In this document: piece after piece, positions 37,386 through 47,726 of the stretch | Layout of the letters: each line of letters starts with the position of its first letter | How positions within the stretch are numbered: position 1 is the first letter of the stretch | Origin: Ascoidea asiatica JCM 7603 | Taxonomy: Eukaryota; Fungi; Ascomycota | Assembly (NCBI GenBank): GCA_001600695.1 | Contig: BCKQ01000017.1 | Coordinates: 1 to 64,000, forward strand | Length of the DNA: 64,000 bases | Direction: 5' to 3' | Notes under the pieces: model-generated | Told to the model about the DNA's origin: nothing | Database searches by the model: none | The model's input: only the letters and a program-made list of their open reading frames with translations | Position numbers and translations under genes: made by a program

Positions 37386-37628
37386 TATCTAAATACAATA
37401 TATATGATATGATTATAATAAATGTTAATATAAGTTTATATATATAATAAATTTTAATAGATGTATCTTTGATTAATTATATATATATATATAATATACG
37501 ATATAAGATATAACAAACAAACAAACAAACAAACAAACGGAAAAAAAAAAGTATTTAAAAAGATAATATAATATAATATATAATAATCAAGATTTTTTTT
37601 TTCTTTTCTTTTCTTTTCTTTATCATTT

Positions 37629-38639
37629 TTAACGAACAACTTGTATAATTTTAGGTAAATCTTCAATTTGTTGTAAAACAAATTCTTTTTCATCTAATAA
37701 AGTACGACTTTCTCTATCAAAATTAAAATTTTTAAAAAATAAAATTAATTTATCTCTATTTTTTATTAATATATCACAAACAGGTTTATTTTTTTTTGGA
37801 TTTGCAACAAATACTTTAAATACATTAAAAGCTTCAATTTGAATATTTTTTGAACGATCACTTAATAAAATCATAATTAATTTTAAATTTTCTGGAGAAT
37901 TAACATAATTTGACATTAATAAATGATTTGATCTATCAAGAATTAAATCAGATAATAATTTTATTGATTGTCTTTTTGTAACATAATTACCATTTGTTAA
38001 TAAATTATTTATATTTAAAATAAAATTATTTAAATTTAAATTATTTTTAAAAAAATTAGAAACAATATTTTTATGTTTTGTTAATAAATCAATTAAAGTT
38101 GTGAAAGCATCAGTTGCAATTTCAAAAGAAGAATTTTTACAATATTTAAAATAATTCCAAAAAGATTGATTTTGATTTAATAAATAATTTGCTAAATTTT
38201 CATATTTTATACATTCTCTTATAATTTGACCAGAAATTAAAGAAATTTCATGAATTTCTGGACTTTTAAATAAAGTTTGTAAAATTTTTTTTTTTAATAA
38301 TAAATGATCAATTGTTGGAGGTCTTTTTAATAAAGTTATAAATAAAATTGAAACATCTTTTCTTGAATCAAATTCTAAATTTTGAATATTTGAAACTAAT
38401 AAATAAAGACAATCAGTTGAATAAATTTCTTGAGCTAAAATATTAATTTGATCAGGTTGTGGAATATTATCATCATCACCATGTAAAATAATTTTAATTT
38501 GATTTAAATATCTTGAACAATCTTCTTGAGCTTTTTTTTTATCATTTGAATTTTGAGTATCTAATTTTGCAATTTGATCATTTAAAACTTTTATTAATTC
38601 AGAAGGAGTTTTTGGATTTCTTTTAAATAAAAAAGCCAT
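37629..38639 (-). CDS. HYM1: Mo25/Hym1 RAM-network scaffold
   Basis: MAFLFKRNPKTPSELIK, FDSRKDV, FEIATDAF, NYVTKRQSIKLL, IQIEAFNVFKVFVANP. True start is probably 38639 rather than 38771. Confidence 0.95.
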   Translation of the reverse strand: MAFLFKRNPKTPSELIKVLNDQIAKLDTQNSNDKKKAQEDCSRYLNQIKIILHGDDDNIPQPDQINILAQEIYSTDCLYLLVSNIQNLEFDSRKDVSILFITLLKRPPTIDHLLLKKKILQTLFKSPEIHEISLISGQIIRECIKYENLANYLLNQNQSFWNYFKYCKNSSFEIATDAFTTLIDLLTKHKNIVSNFFKNNLNLNNFILNINNLLTNGNYVTKRQSIKLLSDLILDRSNHLLMSNYVNSPENLKLIMILLSDRSKNIQIEAFNVFKVFVANPKKNKPVCDILIKNRDKLILFFKNFNFDRESRTLLDEKEFVLQQIEDLPKIIQVVR

Positions 38640-39609
38640 TTTTTTATAATTATAATATGTAATGAAAAGTGATGAGAAATAATGAATGAAGTTGAATAGA
38701 AAATGAAAAGTTTTATAAGAATAAGAATAAGAATAAGAATGAGAATAATATGAGAAGTAATTAACCAGCAATTAACAGAAGAATAAATAATAAGAAAATA
38801 ATAAAGAGCAAAAAATATATGAATAAAGGAATAAATGAATATAACAAATAAAAAGATGAATAAAAGAAATTAGATAAAAGAGTAGATATAATAAGCAATT
38901 AGGATATAAAATATAAATAAAAAGATAAGAAATTGATTGAAATGAATTGATATATGAAATGATTGAAATCAATGGTAATGATAAAAAAGGATATAAAAAA
39001 AGGATATAAACTTGAAAATTAAATAGGATATTATAGGATATTATAGGATTTTATAGGATATTATAGGATATAATATTATTGAATAGTTATTGAATAGGAT
39101 AATAGATTTTCAATATAAAGAGGACAAACCGAGTTAAATTAAATGGAATAGTATATTTTTAAATTATTATTAAATATTATATGATAAATGATATGTGATT
39201 GAATATGATTTGATCTATAATTGATTTATATTTATATGATCGATAGATGATTGAATGAATTTAATGATGTTTTTGATGATTCTGATGGTTTTGAAGATAG
39301 TTTTGTTGTTGATATTGATATTATTATTGATATTATTATTGATATTATTATATTATTATTATATCTTGTTGATACAGAGATAAAAGAAAGAGTGTGAAGT
39401 GTTGCACTTCTGCGGTATTTCACCGGTTTCACTCGAGTGACAAAGAGCAGACCCCCGGGGAGCTAGGTAGACCCCGGTTTCAGTTCAAATAAAAGGGGTT
39501 TGAAACTAGCCACCCACTAGCCATGCTTTGTTGTGGCGAGTAACGTGTCAAAGTACGTTTCACAACGCGTGTCAGCTTGCGTGTGGAAGTGCGTCTGCTT
39601 AGTCAGCTC

Positions 39610-39616
39610 TGAGTCA
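39610..39616. promoter_or_regulatory. Gcn4-type site upstream of RIB5
   Basis: TGAGTCA, with TTAGTCA just upstream at 39599. Confidence 0.5.
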
Positions 39617-39751
39617 TTCTCGCTCGTAACCTTTCTTTTTTTTCTCGAATCCGTTGCAGCTCATCAAATATAACGGTTTTTTTTTTAAGTATTAGTAATT
39701 TATTAGTTATAAACTAATAAGAAGATAATGATACCTTTGAACCAATAAAGG

Positions 39752-39784
<33 letters not shown>

Positions 39785-39903
39785 ATGGTTAATTACTTGA
39801 AATATGTTTATAACTCTATCAACTTAATGACATTAATCTTTTACTTATTAAATTACATTTCACTAACTATTGGTAATAGATAATTAATAATTGATAATTA
39901 AAA

Positions 39904-40644
39904 ATGTTTACTGGAATTGTTGAAGAAATTGGAGAAGTTTTAGAATATAAAGAATTAGATTTATCTGAATCTGGTGGTAATGGAGTTTCATTAACAATAA
40001 AAAATTGTGAAAAGATTTTAAAAGATATTAATTTAGGTGATTCAATTTCAATAAATGGTGTATGTTTAACAGTTACTGAATTTGATAATAAACAATTATT
40101 TAAAAATAAAGGATATTTTAAAGTTGGAATTAGTGAAGAAACACTTAAAAAAACAAATTTAAATGAATTAAAATTTTTAAATTCTATTAAAAAAGTTAAT
40201 TTAGAAAGAGCAATGAGTATAAATTCAAGATTTGGTGGACATTTAGTTCAAGGTCATATTGATTCAATTGCAAAAATAATTTCAATAAATAATGAAAAAA
40301 ATTCATTAATTTATAAATTTCAATTTTTTAATGAATTTAATAAATCACTTATTAATTATATTGTTAAAAAAGGTTTTATTACCATTGATGGTACAAGTTT
40401 AACAATAATTGATGTAAATTATATTGAATATACATTTAAAATTATGTTAATTAATCATACACAAAAAAATTCAATATTATCATTAAAAAAATTAAATAAT
40501 TTTGTTAATATTGAAGTTGATTTATTTGCAAAATTAATTGAAAGACAAATTAATTTAAATATTCAAAATATAAATAGTCCATTATATAATTATATTAATA
40601 AGTTTATTGATAATGCAATTGAAAAGAAGTTAGCCACTAAATAG
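39904..40644 (+). CDS. RIB5: Riboflavin synthase
   Basis: MFTGIVE, GDSISINGVCLTV, VNLERA, GGHLVQGHID, KGFITIDGTSLT, VNIEVD. Confidence 0.97.
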   Translation: MFTGIVEEIGEVLEYKELDLSESGGNGVSLTIKNCEKILKDINLGDSISINGVCLTVTEFDNKQLFKNKGYFKVGISEETLKKTNLNELKFLNSIKKVNLERAMSINSRFGGHLVQGHIDSIAKIISINNEKNSLIYKFQFFNEFNKSLINYIVKKGFITIDGTSLTIIDVNYIEYTFKIMLINHTQKNSILSLKKLNNFVNIEVDLFAKLIERQINLNIQNINSPLYNYINKFIDNAIEKKLATK

Positions 40645-40749
40645 TAAATAGTAAATAGTTTTATTTATATATATATATGTATATGTGAGTAGAAATAATA
40701 CAGAATTAAAGAATTAAAGAGTTAAATAATAAAGGAAAGTAGTAAGTGT

Positions 40750-40952
40750 TTATATAGTTATTGGATTGAAAGAACATTGACAATTTAATTCACAATTTAA
40801 TTTTAAAGTAGAATAATCATTTTTATTTATATTTAATATATTTGTTGAATATAAATTGAATAAGAATTGAATAATCTTTAAAGATAAATTATCATTATTG
40901 ATATTAAATAAATTTAAAATTTTACCAAAATTTATAATTTTTAAATATCCAA

Positions 40953-40989
<37 letters not shown>

Positions 40990-41574
40990 TTCTAGATTAT
41001 AATTTAAAATTTCATTATTTGATATAGATTCATAAATATTTTCATAAAAATATAATCTTTTTTTAAAATCTTTAATTGCCAAATTTTTATTTATATTTTT
41101 ATAATCTTTATTATTTTTATTATTTAATTTATTTAATATATTTTTATTAATTTGTTTTAAATCATTACATATACTTTCAATAAATATTATTTTTATATCA
41201 TTTGAAAATTTTTTTACTTTATTTATAATATTTTTTCTTCTTAATTTTGTTGAATTTGTTGCATCAAATATTGAAATTTTTTCATTGTTATTATTATTAT
41301 AATTTAAAAAATTTATTGCATTATTTAAAGTTTCCATTGCCCAATTTTCTTTAATTTTATTATAATTTTCATTTAATGGATTAAAAAAATTTGAATTATT
41401 ATTATTAATTGAATTATTATTAATAATATTTGAATTTCTTCTTGTATTACCAGCATTAAAAATTTTACAATTAAAATTATTTAAAATTAAATAATTTTTT
41501 ATAGAATTTGAAATTGTTGATTTACCTCTTGCAGGTAATCCAACCATTACAATTAATAATTTTATATCTGACAT
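40750..41574 (-). CDS. 6-phosphofructo-2-kinase, kinase domain only (Pfk27-like)
   Basis: MVGLPARGKS P-loop, FNAGNTRR, IFDATNST, IESIC, DFKKRL; no phosphatase domain. Confidence 0.85.
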
Positions 41575-42140
41575 TTTATCTTATAATATAATATAATATA
41601 ATTTATTGAAATGAATAAAAGATTATTGATAAAATAATATAGGACTATCATATTATATATATATATATACAATTTTGAATATTTCAAATATCGGATAAGT
41701 TTAATAAAAGAGCCATATATGAAAAAGATAATTAAGTTATTTGAATCATTATTGTAGTTAAATAGAGAAAGTAAATATTAATGATTAGATGAGTAAGTTA
41801 GTCATAGATTATTGTCATAAATTATTGTTATTATGATAAATTATCTGACATGAAAAAGTTGGTTAATGAAATTATTATGAATCATTTGAAATATTTCACA
41901 TTTTCACATTTTCACATTTTCATATTTTCACAAGCCGAAAATGCGAGGAATGCGAGGAAAGTGAAAAAAGGAAACACGGAAGAAAAAGAAAAAAAAAGAA
42001 GACCCGCGGAAATGGCGTCAAAGCCTGGGCTGATAGAAGTTCCGTGGTTCTGGTGTCGTGTTTCGGATATGTTTCGGATATGTTTCGGGATCATCTCGGC
42101 ACAGCTTTGAGTTATCCGATGGTTTAAATAAAATAACTAT

Positions 42141-42184
<44 letters not shown>

Positions 42185-42193
42185 GTTAAATAT

Positions 42194-43216
42194 TTAATTA
42201 TTCTTTGGAATATTTTTTTGAATAATAGATAAAATATCTTTTTTAGGTAATTGATTATTAGTTTTAATATTATCAGTAATTGGAGTTAAGATACTTGTAC
42301 CTAAGTTATTAAATTTATTAACTAATTTAATCTCATTTAAGTTATTATATAAGTTATTATATAAGTTATTATTATTATTATTTTCATTATAATTAGATAA
42401 ATTGTAATTATCATGAATGTTATCATGAATGTTATCATGAATGTTATTAATAATATTGGAATGAATACTTTGATTATCATTTAATGAAATAATATCATTT
42501 GAGATAAAACTAGTTATATCATTTGAAATATTATTTTTTTTATATTTATTTAATAATCTTTTTCTCTTAGATTGTTTTTGATTAATATTTTGATTTAAAC
42601 TTTGATTTAAACTTTGAATATCATTAATTTGAGTATTTGAATTGATATTAGAATTATTTAATTCATTATTTAATTCATTATTTAATTCATTAGGACTAAC
42701 TTGATTAAATTGATTAATTGATTGATTATTTGTTGATAATAGATCAATTAAATAATTTAAAGGTAAAATATGATTTGGTAATTTTAAATAATAAAATTTA
42801 TTTGAAATTGAAATTGAAGAACCATTCCAAAATAATTTATGAATTAAATTAAAATTAATTTCATTATTAATTTCATGTTGAATATTTAAAAGGGATAAAA
42901 TGAAATAATTTAATTTAATAATTATATAAAAATTTAAAATTATAAATTCAATAAAATAAAGTAAAAAAAAATTTAAATTTTTTAAAAATTTTATATTTAA
43001 ATTTCTTAAATTAAATAATAATAATATAAATAAATTTAAAAATTGAATTGAGAATATTGAAATTAAATTTATAAAAGATTTTAAAATTTTATAATAAATT
43101 TCATAATTTTTTTTTATAATAATATAATTATTTGAATTTTCATTATTTAAATTATCATTATTTAAATTATCATTATTAACTAAATTAATATCATTATTAT
43201 CTTTATTTAAATCCAT
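42194..43216 (-). CDS. Hypothetical membrane protein
   Basis: 340-codon ORF with two hydrophobic segments, a less biased core (KLFWNGSSIS...LPNHILPLNYLIDLL) and an Asn-rich tail. Confidence 0.6.
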   Translation of the reverse strand: MDLNKDNNDINLVNNDNLNNDNLNNENSNNYIIIKKNYEIYYKILKSFINLISIFSIQFLNLFILLLFNLRNLNIKFLKNLNFFLLYFIEFIILNFYIIIKLNYFILSLLNIQHEINNEINFNLIHKLFWNGSSISISNKFYYLKLPNHILPLNYLIDLLSTNNQSINQFNQVSPNELNNELNNELNNSNINSNTQINDIQSLNQSLNQNINQKQSKRKRLLNKYKKNNISNDITSFISNDIISLNDNQSIHSNIINNIHDNIHDNIHDNYNLSNYNENNNNNNLYNNLYNNLNEIKLVNKFNNLGTSILTPITDNIKTNNQLPKKDILSIIQKNIPKNN

Positions 43217-44859
43217 TTTTTTAATTAATAATATTATAATATTATAATATTATATAATATTATAATCTCTTTATTGATTTAAAAAGTAAAATAAATTTCA
43301 TTTCATTGAATTCTAATTAAATTTTTTTTTATCATTTATCTTAATTTAGTTAATTTTATCATTGAATCTCATCATATAATAATCAAATAATTAGATAATA
43401 ATCTAAATGAAGAGAAAATGAAAATATGATAACAGTTAAAAAAAGATAAACTTCTTTGAATTAGTATCACAAAAGCATTTTAAGATCAATTGAATTTGAA
43501 ATTGAAATTATTGTAAGTATTCTATTGTAAGTAAGTAATCTATTGAACTATTGTATTGTAAGTAATTGAATCATGAAATTGAATTGAAGATTGTCTTTTA
43601 GTATCAAGAACTGTTTTATTGCTCTTATCTAGTTCTCATAATTGTTGTTATTGTTGTTATTGTTCAAAACACAAACAAATAAAATAAATATTAAATAAAC
43701 AAATAAACAAATAAATAAACAAATAACAAATATAATAAAACCCAGTAGAATGAAACCAGACCCCGAGAAGTAGACCTTCGTAAAGAGGTCTGAGTGTAAA
43801 CCCCGAGAGGTCTCTGTTTTATACAGCGCTTAGTCATGGATTATGTCAGCCTACCGCTGTTACGGCATCTTTTCAAGCAAGGACCCGTTGGAATGGTCTC
43901 GGCACAAACAGCGACGGTGTAACCAGAAGCAACACTAGCCCACCTGTGGAAAGAAGCAGCCTGCTATTACGCAACGACTAAAGCATTGGGATGCTTAGAT
44001 CTCACAGAAGTTGGAGCCCTTAAAAATCAAACCGTAGTTGTTATCATTTGCGTCTAATAATAGTGTTTCCACATACAACTAGAGAACTGTATATTTAGAT
44101 ATATTATCAATAAAGTGACCGTGCTGCCCTTTATAATGTGGGATTGGCAGCAGTAGTTAACGGAAACAGACCAAAGCCTGTAGTCCGGATACTGCCTGTG
44201 GGTGCATGTGAGTACGGGTCTGCTGCTCCCTCCTGCCCCCTCCTTCCGGTTCCTGTTTTCCTGCCACGCTCTGCGCCTTCGTAACAGGCCGAGTGTCTGC
44301 TTCTCGTTCTCATCCTTTCACTCTCTCTTTCTCTCTCTTACTCTCTCTCTTTCACTCTCTTTCACTCTCTTTCACTCTTTCTCTTTCTTCTTACTCGATT
44401 CTCGTTTCTTCATTTCTTTTCTTCCTTTTCAAAAATTATGTTTTTCAATTAATAAATATTTTATTCACTTTTATTCACTTTTATTTTCTTCTCTCTAAAT
44501 CTGAATTGTTTCTTTGTTTCTTTCTTTGTTTATTCTTTCTTTCTTTCATTCTTTCATTCTTTCATTCCTTATTCTTTCTTTATTCATTCCTGTATTCTTC
44601 TCTTCTTCTCTTCTTCTCTTCTTTTATTCTCTTCAAAATTATAACTTATAACAATCTTATTTCATTAATATTCTCTTAAAAGATTTCAAAATTCAATTTT
44701 ATCTATTTCTTTAATATAATATATATATTATATTTACATCATAACTTAATTATGGGAAATCACCCATATAATTATTATACAAATTCAATTTTAAATATAT
44801 TTTCAAATTATTCAAATATAATTATAAATATAAATTCATTAACATATAATTATATAATT

Positions 44860-45954
44860 ATGTCTGAAATACCGAAGTATGAAAAAGACATTGATAATAA
44901 AGACATTGATAATACTCTAGGAATACCAATTTCCTCAAATAATAATAATAATAATATAAATGATAAAAAGGATAAACGAATAAAATTTAAAAAAAATAAT
45001 AAACTCAAATCCAATAGATTAAAATCAAAATCATATACTTTAGAAGAAATTTCTTCTCATAATAAAATTAATGATTTATGGATGATAATTCATGGTAAAG
45101 TTTATAATATACCAAAAGATTTCTTAGATAATCATCCTGGTGGTCCAGAAGTTATAATAGATTGTGGTGGTATAGATGCAACTTCATTTTTTGAAGATGT
45201 TGGACATTCAGAAATTTCAAGAAAAATGTTAAATCCATTTTTTATTGGAAATTTATATAAAAATGATTTAATAAAATTATTAAAAAAAAATTCATTAATA
45301 AATTTAAAATCAAAATGTCTTTCAAATGATTCAATTTTTTCTCGTATTAATATTAATAATTTAAATTCTATCATTAATCATAATCATATTCATAATCATA
45401 ATCATAATCATAATCATATATCAAATGATATATCAAATGATATAAATGATGATTTACAAAATGATATTAAAGAAAATACAGATATTGAATGTGAAAGTGA
45501 AAGTGACAGCGGTAGTGATAGTGAATATGAAAGTGAATATGAAAGTGAAAGTGATACTCAAATGGATACTAAAAAGGATATATTAAATGATATACAAGAA
45601 CTTAATAAAATAAATATCACAAATAATAAACAGAAAGAGAATAAATCTGAAATAATTAATTCTATTCAGATTAAAGATAAAAAATTTATAAATAAAAATA
45701 TATTCTCAAATTCATTCACCAATTTAAATTTAAATTTAAATTCAAAATTTAAAAAACAATATACTAATGATTTATATCCTTTTATAAAATTAAAGAAAAA
45801 GAAAAAAAATTTAAATTTAAAAAAAAAATCAAATTTATTATTATATTCTTATGATTTTATAACTTATAATTTATTATTTATTCTTTTAATTTTAATTGCA
45901 ATAATTTCTTTAATTTCTATTATTTATCTACAAAATCAAAAATGGAATGATTAA
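44860..45954 (+). CDS. Cytochrome b5-like heme-binding protein with C-terminal TM anchor
   Basis: YTLEEI..HN...DLWMIIHGKVY, HPGG and GHS heme ligands; C-terminal hydrophobic helix. Start at 44860 or 44752. Confidence 0.85.
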   Translation: MSEIPKYEKDIDNKDIDNTLGIPISSNNNNNNINDKKDKRIKFKKNNKLKSNRLKSKSYTLEEISSHNKINDLWMIIHGKVYNIPKDFLDNHPGGPEVIIDCGGIDATSFFEDVGHSEISRKMLNPFFIGNLYKNDLIKLLKKNSLINLKSKCLSNDSIFSRININNLNSIINHNHIHNHNHNHNHISNDISNDINDDLQNDIKENTDIECESESDSGSDSEYESEYESESDTQMDTKKDILNDIQELNKINITNNKQKENKSEIINSIQIKDKKFINKNIFSNSFTNLNLNLNSKFKKQYTNDLYPFIKLKKKKKNLNLKKKSNLLLYSYDFITYNLLFILLILIAIISLISIIYLQNQKWND

Positions 45955-46141
45955 TATTTAATATATATTCTATTTCATATTCTATTTCATATTCTATTTC
46001 TTTATAATATAAAGTTTTTTTTTATTTCTCTTATCTACAAATAAACATCTTTCGGCATCTTTCAACTAAAAAAAACCTGTAAAATAATCCATATTACTCA
46101 AGTTAATATAATCAAGGATTAAATATGAATATATTAAAAAC

Positions 46142-46181
<40 letters not shown>

Positions 46182-46493
46182 TTGAATACAATAATATCTA
46201 TTAACATGTCATATTCATTCAATAATATTATTTTTAAAATAAGTTATTTAATGTATTATTTCTCATTAGCTTAATTGACGTAAGAATTTTAATAAAATTT
46301 ATTCCTTACAAATGTCTTACTTATTTATCAATTTTTTACTATTTAACATATTTTATATAATATTTTATATAATATTTTATATAATATTTTAGATATAATC
46401 GGGTTTTAATACAATTTTTTACAAAAAGTTTTCTATAAATATTATTATATATAGTATAAACGTTTGAGTGAAATTATTAGATTATAATTATAC

Positions 46494-47258
46494 CTAATAA
46501 TCTAAATTTTCTTGTTTATTATTATCATTTTGAGACTGATTGTCTGAATATAGATTCATATTCATATTCATATTCATATTCATATTGTTCATATTCATAT
46601 TGTTCATATTCATATTGTTCATATTCATATTCATTCCCAGATTATTCATCCTTATATTATGCATATTTATAAAATTTTGTTTATTTATATTATGTAAATA
46701 TTCTAGAGTAGAATTATCATTTTCTGAATATGAAGGTGGTAAAAATCCAGTTTTTGTTGGATTCAAATTTTCTTGCAAAGAACTTGAATCTTGAATAAAA
46801 TTAGATGATGCTGGAATAATAGATGATATATTTGGAAGTGGAATAGAAATTGGTATTGAAATTGGTATTGAAATTGGTGTTTGAGGAAGCTTCATTACTT
46901 GAGGTAAATTTTTTATATTTCCATTAATCTCTGAAGATTGTAATGAAATACTACTATTTATTAAACTATCTTCACTTATATTATTTGACCTCTGATTTTG
47001 ATTTTGATTTTGATTTTGATTCTGCTTCCGCTTATTTCTATTTTTTCTTTTCTTCTTCTTCTTTGGACCACTAATATTTACTTCAGAATTTAACTGATTT
47101 TTTAAATTTTTAACTATATTCTTATCATTTAATAATTTTTGATATTTTTCTGTTGTTATTTTATTTTGTGATATTGCAGATAATTTTATAATTTTATCTC
47201 TAAAATTTATTATCTTTTGAAAATCTTCCTCATATTTTTTTTCTTGAAGTTGAGTCAT
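46494..47258 (-). CDS. Hypothetical protein (basic NLS-like patch, N/M repeats)
   Basis: ORF from ATG at 47258; PKKKKKRKNRNKRK, PPSY motif. SCB (CACGAAA 47549) and TCACGTGA (47593) lie upstream. Confidence 0.5.
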   Translation of the reverse strand: MTQLQEKKYEEDFQKIINFRDKIIKLSAISQNKITTEKYQKLLNDKNIVKNLKNQLNSEVNISGPKKKKKRKNRNKRKQNQNQNQNQNQRSNNISEDSLINSSISLQSSEINGNIKNLPQVMKLPQTPISIPISIPISIPLPNISSIIPASSNFIQDSSSLQENLNPTKTGFLPPSYSENDNSTLEYLHNINKQNFINMHNIRMNNLGMNMNMNNMNMNNMNMNNMNMNMNMNMNLYSDNQSQNDNNKQENLDY

Positions 47259-47726
47259 TATATGTTCTTTCGCATTTATCAAGTTTTAAAAATAAATTTT
47301 TTTTTTTCAATCGTGAATTATATAATTATATAATTATATATTTATAGTTTTGGAAGCAAATTAAAAAATTAAAAAAAAAACTAATCAAATTATACACATA
47401 AAATCAAACTCAAGTAAACTTATTTAATAATCTTACCTTATTTACTCTACATTTGATCTGATCCAAGTTTCAAAAGTGCAAATTTATTGTTTTCTAGAAT
47501 TCAATTTCAAAAGTCCAGCATTTTCTCAATTTCTCAATTTCAAATCACCACGAAATTTTCTGTTTTTTTCAAAATTTAACACAAAAACAATTTCACGTGA
47601 TCATTATCAGGGAATCCAAGTCGAAAAAGACACATTGGGCAATTAACATGTCGGTTTATTCTGATCAAATAATTTATGTCTTTTTATTAATTGTATTTAT
47701 AGTATAATGATGATTATATTTTTTAC

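Noticed and set aside
38640-38771. 44-aa N-terminal extension of Hym1 in the ORF track
   Set aside because: Non-ATG start and repeat-derived; the conserved protein starts at MAFLFKR.
39371-39385. U6-like ATACAGAGA box
   Set aside because: Flanking U6 sequence is absent.
43510-43522. U1-like ATACTTAC on the - strand
   Set aside because: Not followed by CT, and lies within a GTAA stutter repeat.
44131-44679. F/S/L-rich ORFs
   Set aside because: Pyrimidine-tract artefacts.
15409-45954. Possible flavin/b5 gene cluster (FMN1, CBR1, RIB5, b5) or glycosylation cluster (MNN10, Mnn4-like, Anp1-like, SEC53)
   Set aside because: Genes are many kb apart and interspersed with unrelated housekeeping genes; no evidence of a cluster.
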